NCBI GenBank assembly: GCA_023515725.1
Contig: JALDTO010000141.1
Location: forward strand, 1-34,080
From: Amoeboaphelidium protococcarum X5
Taxonomy: Eukaryota > Fungi > Aphelidiomycota
Direction of reading: 5' to 3'
DNA length: 34,080 bases
Shown here: piece by piece, positions 24,983 through 34,080 of the stretch
How positions within the stretch are numbered: the first letter of the stretch is position 1
Layout: every line of letters starts with the position of its first letter
Program-made: the position numbers and the translations under genes
Notes under the pieces: generated by a model
The model's input: the letters and a program-made list of their open reading frames with translations, nothing else
Databases searched by the model: none
What the model was told of the DNA's origin: nothing

Positions 24983-25889
24983 ATGGCACCGTATTTGATT
25001 CATGCTATCTAAGAAGATCCTGTCTGCAGTGAACGCGTAATATCTAATCATCAACAACTAAACATTGTCAAAGTATACACCAGATCCATTGTCATAAGAG
25101 GTTGGGATCTGCTGCTACTGTCTCATGAGTATTTACTGAGAAAGTTGGCCATTTATAAGCCGGAAGCAATTACTATTGAGAAGGAGTAAAAGCAGGTATT
25201 CGTCACCTTTCGTACTCGCAAGGACGCCGACAGGATGCTGGCGGCTGCCACATTCCACAACGTTTTTGATGAGAAGCATGTCCGCATGGCCTACGCGTCC
25301 AACTATGTTAGCGTTCTGCAGCATGGAGATGCTTCAAAGTCTGGCATTTATTACTTGAAAGCATCTCGACTGAATAAAACATTTGTCAAGTTTGCAGCAA
25401 GAGAGATAGGCAGTCATCTCATTACGCGCCATTATGATGACATTGGCGGTCAATTGTCTGAGGAAGAGCAAAGTGTGGCTCAGAGTTATGGTGGCATTTG
25501 GCTGGGAGGCTTGCAGTTGGAAGAGCCTTATAAGCCAAAAAAACACTTCCCGCTTGTCGAATCGCGTTTTAAAGATAATATTTGACGAACTGAAGGAGTA
25601 GAATTACTAGGCCCGACTTTAGGAATTGGATGAAGCTGCAGTCATCCAGGGCGCTAGTCTGCCTCTATTCAATGTATCCACTCTTAATGATTTGGCACAT
25701 GCCTGGTTGAAAGAAGAGTTTATGGATTAAAAACTGGCGGAATCGGCATAGGAACTGGTATGTTATAAGTTCTGTCACAGTTTTGATCAATACGCCAATG
25801 TTCCTGTTTACGAAGTATACCATCAGGAGCTGAAAACAAAGCTTTTCAATCTGTTGGAATGTATTGCCTAAACTGAACTTCACCAATGA
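24983..25889 (+). pseudogene. RRM-domain protein gene with an apparent +1 frameshift near 25537-25585 (pseudogene, sequence error or recoding)
   Basis: ORF 24983-25585 contains an RRM-like segment TRSIVIRGW...QVFVTFRTRKDADRML...HVRMAYA. Protein-like sequence continues in the +1 frame to TGA at 25887-25889. Confidence 0.5.
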
Positions 25890-26209
25890 TCATTAGATTA
25901 TTTCGAAATACTGTTACTTGCATCAATGACTCAATATAATATTAGTACAAACATTTAGAATCTTGTTTTAGATTTTATGGACTCTCGGATTGTTAATACA
26001 CGCGTATTAAGCGTTTCTATCACAGAATAGCACTAGAGTCGAAAACAAGCGTAAATGAACCCTAAAATGAACACGATACTTTATTTTTGTTGTTTATATT
26101 CTTTTTAATGCTTACGCCAAATTCAGTCGATTAGAAGAAATCACACTTCAACGGCTGTTATTACAATCCCCACTGGTAATCAAATCAACAGTCAAAAACA
26201 GACACCTGA

Positions 26210-27064
26210 TCACGTCTTTCTAAACTCTTACAGGACCGGATAAATCATCTCAAACGCTTCGTAAATTTCTTCGCGAACTTTCGCGCCCGTCAGCACAACC
26301 TTTCCCGAGACAAAGATCAAGAGCACCACTTTTGGTTTCACCATGCGGTAGATCAAGCCGGGAAACAGCTCTGGCTCGTAGCTAGAGTAATGACTGTGGG
26401 CAAAAGCCAGTCCCTCCAGACGGATGGGGAATCGAATGTCGCACGAGGCCACGATATTCTGCACCTTGAACTCGATGAACTTGGCCGGGAAGCCGAGTTT
26501 CTGCACAATGCGCGCATACTTTCGTGCGGCCAGTTTCGCCAAATCTTCACTGCGAGCTCCCGTGACGACGAGTTTACCGCTGGCAAATATCAGCGCAGTA
26601 GTCTTCGGCTCACGGATTCTCATGATGACGGCGGCAAATCTCTTTGGATTGTATTCAGCATTTCTAGCATGCAGAGCTATAGTCTTCAAATCCAATTTAC
26701 AATCGAGATTTACAGTGGCCACAATATTTTACAAAGTGGGCACAATACCGGACGGATGAGCCGACGAATCAGCGCCAGTCTAATTACCGGCAGCCACCTA
26801 CTCCTCATCATCACCGCCAGCATCCTGAGATTACTCAGAGCTCTGCTACTACCCTGATGACAATTCTTGTAAATTACCCAATGATCCTCCCCCGAAATCC
26901 CCCACTCCATTAATCATCTGAGCCAACTCTGCAGGCAATCCTTCTTCGATATTATTACCACCACTATTACCAGTATTATCATTGCTAGACGATTACTGTG
27001 GTAGAGCAGTAGATGAAGAGGATGTGCCTTCACTAGGCAATGAGAATTAAAATGGTGTAGCCAT
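26210..27064 (-). CDS. TBP: TATA-box binding protein, 284 aa
   Basis: [20 protein letters not shown]...[30 protein letters not shown]...[13 protein letters not shown]...PVLQEFRKT*. The Q of LQNIV is encoded by TAA (26729-26731). Confidence 0.98.
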
Positions 27065-27357
27065 GATATTCACAGAGTGGTTATAGGATTGTTGTTGTTG
27101 TTGATGATAATTGCTCTTTGTTAATGAGCAGCACAACGGAAGAAAAAGAAGAATAGAAGAAAAGTCGGAAAAGTCGATGAAATCAAGCGAGAGCGAATGA
27201 CGTCGGTAGTAAAGTAGTGACAAGCGAATCAAACTGCAGTGTTACAGCTAAGTCAAAGCTTATCATCATCATCATCAAACTTGAGCATCTACACTCATGA
27301 TCTGAAAAAGATATAGAAACAGAATATATATTTAATACAGAATTACAAACAATTACA

Positions 27358-30357
27358 TCAATTCTTTGCGCGATAATACTTCAGCAAAAACTTCTTGTCA
27401 GCGCGTTCAGATCTCAACTCTAACGAAATCTTCTTCAACTTCTTCTACCTCTTCTCATTAATGGCACTAAAAAAATAAGACGTCAGAACCAAAACTCCTA
27501 TCAATGGACCTATGAATCCTACCGATCCTATGAATTGAATCAAATTTCGCAAAAAATCGCTCTTCATCGAGGCAACACCATTAGGAATCACAGAGTAGAT
27601 GGAACTCAGGGTGACATTATTCTGCTACGCAAATGAGTACGGACCTGATGTCGGTGGGAATTGAGTCAGACTGAAGAATGTAGGGAATGCCATGAGTAGT
27701 AGTGTCAGTACTAAGAACATTAGAAAGTAAATGTTCTAAAAGTATGAATTGTAAACTCTTCTAGGTGGGAGGCCGCAGTAACACAGTGTCAGGTACTTGA
27801 CGTAGAATGTGATGCCACCAAGTAACAGTGATAGAACGACAACCGCTGGCGAATAGACTACACCTATCCAGACAAGAGCCTACTAGTAGATAACTTCCAG
27901 TATATTCTCAGCAAGACCAAAGTCGTAATACTACTTTCCAAATATTTAACGATACAGCACGCCATAAAACACGGTGCTCACTGTGGAGAAGGCAAAATTC
28001 GTCCAAACGAGTTGGTAGAAATTCTGACCAACAGCATACTCCCAACCATCCAACTTAAATCTGTTGGCAATGTACAGAGAAACAACGATAACGTACACGG
28101 CAGCAATTTTGGTCACATAAGCACGAGTCAGAGTAATAGTGGCCGCAACGGTAGGAGAATCATATCTCTCAAATCTTGCAATCAGTTTGAATATAGATGG
28201 CAGTATAAGGTTAAGGGATGAAATCAGGAATGCAGTTATAGAAATGAACCTGTTAGATCTTACCAAACCAAATGTTTCAGGTGTGACCAATATACCAAGA
28301 GTATCGAGTCCATTTGGATTGTACTCCAGATTCAGCGTAATATATACGACAAACCCAGATAAACACCAAATGGCAATCACAAATATATTACCGAAAAATC
28401 TACGCACGATATTTTCAACTTTATAACCAGATGATTAGTTCTGCTTCTACTCAGCAATCTCCAATTTCGCAATCAAAGTCTTAAACAGTGTAGAGATGGC
28501 AAAGTTATGATTTTTACGACTTTCAGCAGAAGCAATAGCAAAATCCCATGACGCAAATACAGCAGTCCCAAAAGGCGCGTAATCATCAATAACTACACCG
28601 CTGGACACTTCAGCCTTCTCCACAAACAATGATTTCATCCGAATCAAAATGAGAGCAAACGACATGATATAAGTGAAGAAGATTACTGCCAGATAAGCAA
28701 TGTCCATATTGTACGGCACATCCTCCGGAGACGGACTGTGTCCGTCATTTGCAAAGTATATCTTGGCAGGATATCCAACTTCAAACATGATCGTATTATT
28801 TAGTGAGCTACCACCAGAGAATAGATCTATGAAGAATAAATTAATGTCGAATTGTCCATCTTTTGTCAGCTTCTGACGAGTTATTTCAAAACCAGCATTC
28901 TTCTACTAAGCTTGATACAGCACGCCAAATAGGATTACGAAAAAATACCAGACCACTCCAAATAAAACATTTACCAGATACAGCCATCTATACAGTCTGA
29001 AATAAGACACAATACCTGTGCCGAATCTGGACTCCACATATTTGATCGGTTTGTTCCACAGCTAGATTAACTGCTCAGCATCTTTCCAAAACACTCTCCA
29101 GCGTTAACCAAACTCATAATATCTCCGTTTAGCATCTGACATCTGAGCTCTCTTATTCTCAATGACAAAAGCACGACGCTTCTTTGGACTTGGCTGTTGG
29201 TTTTCGTTCAAAGCATCTTTACTCTCCACCAGCACTTTGCCATTACGCACTCTCAGACTATCAGCACTGAGACCGAGTCTGCTGGCAATGTCTTTTCTCC
29301 CAAGATGAGAGTGTTCCAGACCTTCAGGTAGAGCTGCCTAGAAATCATCCAGGCTACTTTCCAAAATATCCATCTCACCAAACAGTGGATTCACTCCCAT
29401 TCTCTCACTTGGCAGGGCCAATCCACCTTTCTTTGGCTATATCTGCTTCTCTTTCGTCTACGTTGCCACATCTTTGGCGCGACCTTCATCGTACACTTGT
29501 ACAAAATTGGATGGATGCTCTTGCATTCTTAACGCAATGAACTGCTTATCAATAGTGTTCACATCGAATGCATGCAAGTCGTCATTACTAAATGCGCGGA
29601 TATAGCGAAATTATTGAGTAGTCCCACCATTTTATGCTCCACTGAAATTAATACTAAACTGTTGGTCAGCAACATCGACTGGATCATCACTCACAGAGGT
29701 ATTGGCAGTTTCATTCGGAAGCAACGCAGCACTACGTACAATTTAGAGACCGGGTATATTCTACCTCTGAATCTGATTAGACAGACGCTACTTCTATGGA
29801 CTTTGAGAAGCGTAAGATTACGGCACAGAAGATTCCGCATCATACGGATTAACAACCTCTGAGGAGAAGTCCAATGCGCTTGCTTTACTTTACTCCTATT
29901 TCTATTGAGTAGAAGTGTTCAAATTCAACTAATCGGGTATGCTATCCTCTTAATTTTGCATGACAGACTATTCTTACACTTCAAACAATTGTACGACGCC
30001 TTTAGATGGTGACTATCCAGTGTCCTTTCGCACAACTTCAAACAGAGCATCAGAAGTGGGGCGACTCTGAGGTCCCACAGCCAACTCTTTAACTTGGTCT
30101 TTTAATCCTTACAATTTCGACAGTCGAGGTTTGACTTTGATAGCAGTTACTTCAACACTCTCTTATTCTTCTTCCTTTGTGCGGTTACAATCGTTGTCCA
30201 AGTGTGCGTTAATCGACTAGGCATTAATTGGAAGTTGGCACGCAGGACATTCAACAGTGTCTTCAACAACATCCACATTGTCGTCAGCTTAGTTCACTGG
30301 AGAAAACAATGAATCCTAACTTTACTTCTCAGAATCCTCCATTCCCTTATATTCCAT
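27358..30357 (-). CDS. TMC (transmembrane channel-like) protein with N-terminal UBZ4-type zinc finger, 999 aa
   Basis: TMC motifs YVESRFGTGIVSYFRLYRWL, VFASWDF, FERYDSP, GWEYAVGQNFYQL, FGLAENILEVIYQQALVWIG..YSP and ERADKKFL. No in-frame TGA from 30357 into the TMC core. Alternative start at 30342. Confidence 0.88.
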
Positions 30358-30552
30358 ACAAATTTCAACAAAATACACCACTTATTTAATGTTATATCTG
30401 ACTTGATATACAGTGCAGAGATGTGAAACAACAATGAATAGAAATCCGCAAGAGAGTGAAACGACAACGGAAAAGTCAAAACAAAGCTCGTAAACACTAA
30501 AACTTGCGCTCAAAAAAACGTATAGAATAGTTAATAAATCTAATAACATCAC

Positions 30553-31752
30553 TCACTCATCATAGATATGGAATTTGAATTTACCTTCTTCAACGTAGGC
30601 TCTGCAAAGACCTTCAGCAGTCATTTATTTGTCGTTATAGAAGAATATATTACTATTTCGCAACACTTCATTATTGAGGCGGAAACAGTCGGAACTGCCG
30701 TCCATTCGCACAATGGAAAACAGTAGAGGGAGGACTTGATGAGGAAGTGGCTCCAGCTGCGGCTGCATCTCATACTCTGGTGGCCACATTATGGATTTCT
30801 AATTTTCACATCTTTTCAGCGCGTAATTGTTAAATTTATCCAGCATTATCGGTAAAATGGACCGCGGAAATAGGTATACAAAATCACCAATTGCTTCTTG
30901 GTACTCTTTAGAGGATAAAAACATTCTAGGTGTTAGTCTGTTTAGATATTGTGTACTTGGGATTGGTTCATACCACACTAGATCAGGCCTAATCATCACA
31001 TAAAAATCGTATTCCTTATTCTATAAAGCCAGCTCAAGGCAATGTCTCTTCCTCTAATACTAAAAGAAACCAGCAAACGACTGTTGATCGGCATGAATAT
31101 CATTCTAACAACATCTATGATCTTTTAAATAGTTTGATGAACATTCGATCTCGTTCTTGGTCTATATGACTCTGGCAGACATGCTCTTTGCAATTTCAAG
31201 AAATCTCTTACAATGTCTGAATTTATCCAACTATTCCGCAGACATCGATGCATCGCAAGTCTAATCTATCATAGCATCAAAATAAACATCAACATCATTT
31301 CCATCAGCGTGAAGTGCATCTATTACATATTTCTGTATTGATTAATGAACTTCAGGGACCAGAAATGATCTAACTGCTCCAGTGATACATAACGCAGTTT
31401 TAAGTTTAACTTAATCTTGACATTTTGTATCATTCAGGGGATTCTATTGTACAGCAGTTTAAGTCGGTAGTGGGATAGATGGAGCAGTTTTAGACGTTAA
31501 AGTTGAAGTCGGGAGCTATGTCCTTACATGATGAACAGGAGAAGGAGTTTGAACAGCCAATTATTAAGAAGTCATAGGAACTGAAGTCTTGACTGTAGTA
31601 GAGATGCGAGTAGATGTAGACTATGAATTTTAAATTTATGATTTCTATACAGGAATAGACTTTGAGTAGTTGGCCCGAAAGTTAAATAACAGGACACTGA
31701 GCATGATCAAAGTGAATGTTGACACTAAAACATAGAACCTTCGCCTTGACAT
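30553..31752 (-). CDS. Type II membrane protein, putative glycosyltransferase-like, 399 aa
   Basis: MSRRR followed by a single TM helix, an S/T/P/Q-rich stem, then a domain with KTALCITGAVRSF...DVDVYF...YDFYVMIRPDLVW...GDFVYL. Confidence 0.7.
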
Positions 31753-32024
31753 TATCGACACTCTATCCGGCTTAAATCTTTATCTTCGAGGATACATCAT
31801 TGGTGATAATGGAGTATTATCTCTATGAACAAGTTATTATATTCCGTCAACAATGCAGCAAGTGATAGACAATGAATGAAACAACAAAAAGTATGATCGA
31901 CGAATGTAAAATTGTTGTTGATCCGAAAGAGCGAGCTCGTAATTGTTTCTCAGCTCAACAACTCGTACTTTCACTTTCCTTTATAACACCTGTCATAATT
32001 AACCGTGCGATATCCTATTACGAA

Positions 32025-32323
32025 ATGCATCCATTGAAGGATGATCCACTTTATAAGCCATGTCAAGACGTGATTGAAAAGTATGTTGAATGTAATGATT
32101 CTACAATGTCTCGACTACGTGGCGATTGCAATTCACTCTTTGAATCAATGACTAGTTGCATGCGATAGCAGGTACGACGTCATAATCACTGTCTTGATTT
32201 TGTATGCTATCACATATAGTGTAGAGACGTTTAAAAAAGTAAATGAATGCATAGCTGGCAAAGGAGAGGACTCTAGAAATTGAAAAGATTAAAGATGAGT
32301 ATAATTTAGAGTGGTGGAAATGA
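32025..32323 (+). CDS. CMC2: CMC2/Cmc1-family twin-Cys COX assembly protein; exons 32025-32171 and 32225-32323, 81 aa
   Basis: MHPL...CQDVIEKYVEC...GDCNSLFESMTSC (two CX9C motifs), then RRLKKQMNAQLAKER after removal of a 53-nt intron. Confidence 0.82.
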
Positions 32324-33104
32324 AATTTGATTTTAATTATTATTATTGATATGATACACTAAAAAGGTTCAATTTGTTTCCACCGCTAGATATTGATCTT
32401 ATGCTATCGTATTCACGGACTTCTAGGATGTGGTCATCAGTTCCCAACTCATAAGAGTCTAGACTTATCCATTCATTTTACAGAGATTATTGCTGAAATC
32501 TTACAGCGACGCTCCATGAGAGTTCTCCAGCTTTAGATACAAATTTATCATTCACAACTTTTGCTTGCAGTCTTCTCACAAAGGACAGTAAGTCACCTTC
32601 TTCCAGAGTTAGCTGATTCAATTACGCGACATCAAACACGTATCTCATAATGAGTTTAGGCGCGACTTGCTGCGAATCTAGACTTTAATCTTGAGAAGTA
32701 TCAAACATTGTAGATGATGCGCCCAGCGATGGTTAATCTCTAACTTAACTTTTACGCAGAATAGACACTGAAAAAGCCTCAACACTGTCCTTGTACTATC
32801 GCAACCAATTCACTATACTTTCAATATATTACAACACTAGCGGTGATTTACATTGATAAATCTGTATTGGATTCTTTAAGAGATGTTTATCACATTTTAC
32901 AGACGTTCCGCCATCAGTAAGTTTAACCTTGCTCTTATTGATATGATGATCACTCAGCATTCCGTCTGCATATCGTTATTATTATGACATAGCTGATGGG
33001 GCAAAATTAACTAAATGAAAAGCTTCCATCGGATACAGTTTATGTTTATGTAAAATTACATGTACACATGCTTCAATAATAGCAATAACTTTATCTGTAA
33101 TCAT
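32145..33104 (-). CDS. REV7: REV7/MAD2L2-like HORMA domain protein; 3' end uncertain (homology appears to end near 32346)
   Basis: IIEACVHVILHKHKLYPMEAF...IYQCKSPLVLQYIESIV...MRYVFDV...LLSFVRRL...SWSVAV follows the REV7 pattern. The first in-frame TGA is at 32145-32147. Confidence 0.7.
32172..32224 (+). other. Spliceosomal intron, 53 nt
   Basis: GTACGA...CATATAGTGTAG; phase 0; the distal AG gives the family-like C-terminal helix. Confidence 0.78.
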
Positions 33105-33153
33105 TCAAATGATATATTCACACACTTTGGTATACTTGATATCAACAATTTAT

Positions 33154-33769
33154 TCAATTCTACGAAGAGGATTCCAACGCGTCGCTTTGGGCTTGAACTG
33201 CGCGCCGTTGCATGGGCTCATTGAAAGACACGGCGAAAGATTTCAACTTGTCCATCTACACATAAACTTTAATACAACAGATTAAATAATACAAGCAAAC
33301 TACTGAAGACATACCTGTTTCAGAAATAATCCCCATGGCGACTTGTCAGTACTTCCAACGAGAACAAATATCAGATTTAACGCTTCATCTTCTGCAGTGT
33401 CACTGAGTTGATCAGAATTCAAAGAGACTGTAACCAATTTAACTAGTAGCCGATACTACACGCGTCAGAAACTTACTTAATGACTTATCGCTTTAGTTAA
33501 AGTAAACAACATACCTTATCCGTCTCTATCATTTGCTGAGTGATAAGCCGCTATGCATCCTTACCACGACTATCATTGTACAAGAACAAGGAAGAGCAAG
33601 CAAAAGTGGCAACTATTTGACTACTCAAACCTGAGGATTAACCTGCCACCATTGATTAACAAATTACACTTCCATCAACATTCAACACTAAAGCCGCGAG
33701 CAATCCATATTATTAACCACTTTTCAGAATATCGTTTAACACAGACTTGAGTGCTTTAGGATCAAACAT
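33154..33769 (-). CDS. LAMTOR2: Ragulator subunit LAMTOR2-like roadblock protein; exons 33769-33515, 33455-33315, 33255-33154, 165 aa
   Basis: MFDPKALKSVL...ALVLNVDGSVI...IVATFA...WGLFLKQ...FNEPM parallels MLRPKALTQVL...LLLNNEGSLL...FGMLKAK...LEEPL. Two phase-0 introns. Confidence 0.8.
33256..33314 (-). other. Spliceosomal intron, 59 nt
   Basis: GTATGT...TTTATGTGTAG; removal keeps the LAMTOR2 frame. Confidence 0.85.
33456..33514 (-). other. Spliceosomal intron, 59 nt
   Basis: GTATGT...TTCTGACGCGTGTAG, with a branch-like CTGAC just upstream of GTGTAG. Confidence 0.85.
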
Positions 33770-33987
33770 TTTATTATAACTTTCACCGTAGTCTATACTG
33801 CTTAATGACTGGTCGATGATTTCCACAAGGGAAAAGGCTCTGATCTCCGCGCTCTTTTGTGAATTTCTTTTCTTTCCTTTTGTTCGTCTCAAGATTCGAA
33901 TCCTCTCTCTTTGACACTACTCATTGAATATACCCACTATCATCTCATTGTAAATAGTTGACATTAGAGTAAAGATCTTGACTGAAT

Positions 33988-34080
33988 ATGTATAATTCTT
34001 AAAAGTTGAAATTGAACTTGAAATTGTTATAGCAGAGAATAAAGGCCATGTCCGCAAAGAAGTAGTCACTGAGTACCCAT
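33988..34080 (+). CDS. IST1: N-terminus of IST1-like ESCRT-III regulator (truncated by the window edge)
   Basis: MYNSQKLKLNLKLLQQRIKAMSAKKQSLSTH resembles the IST1 N-terminal helix (F...LRVNLRLVINRLKLLEKKK). Only 31 codons are visible. Confidence 0.55.

Noticed and set aside
24650-24998. Short open frames on both strands between the paladin-like and RRM genes
   Set aside because: No consistent ATG/stop/splice model and no motif; could be a gene remnant but cannot be supported.
31872-32024. 51-aa N-terminal extension of CMC2 in the ORF track
   Set aside because: Family members start at MHP (ATG 32025). The extension lies in a divergent promoter, and open frames arise easily when only one stop codon exists.
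1-34080. Mass pseudogenisation suggested by the many in-frame TAA/TAG codons
   Set aside because: The TAR codons fall at Gln positions of essential genes (TBP, U2AF1), frames are otherwise intact and genes end in TGA. This is recoding, not decay.

Overview
Gene-dense eukaryotic nuclear DNA that uses a non-standard genetic code: TAA and TAG are read as Gln and TGA is the stop (translation table 6). The supplied standard-code ORF track is therefore fragmented and largely misleading. Re-translated by hand, the window holds about 20 mostly intronless genes with intergenic gaps of roughly 50-700 bp. In order they are: a partial acidic repeat protein, an ACSF3-like acyl-CoA synthetase, a 1,897-aa coiled-coil protein, a UBE3A-like AZUL-HECT E3 ligase, two secreted orphans flanking MFSD1, a KAT14/CSRP2BP-like GNAT protein, U2AF1, COA3, VPS37, a paladin-like triple-PTP protein, a disrupted RRM gene, TBP, a TMC channel-like protein, a type II membrane putative glycosyltransferase, CMC2, REV7, LAMTOR2 and the start of IST1. 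A fungal-type TBP, animal-like genes and the TAR=Gln code together point (inference) to an aphelid such as Amoeboaphelidium protococcarum. Most notable observations: (1) all four inferred introns end in the same extended 3' splice site, GTGTAG, and the U2AF1 in the same window has Ala at the otherwise conserved Ser34; (2) the TMC channel carries an N-terminal Rad18-type UBZ4 zinc finger and has lost both conserved extracellular Cys; (3) REV7 has TAA-TAA-TAA rather than TGA where its fold ends, and otherwise runs antisense into CMC2; (4) KAT14 looks catalytically degenerate; (5) the RRM gene is frameshifted. All family calls are from manual motif recognition; no database searches were run.
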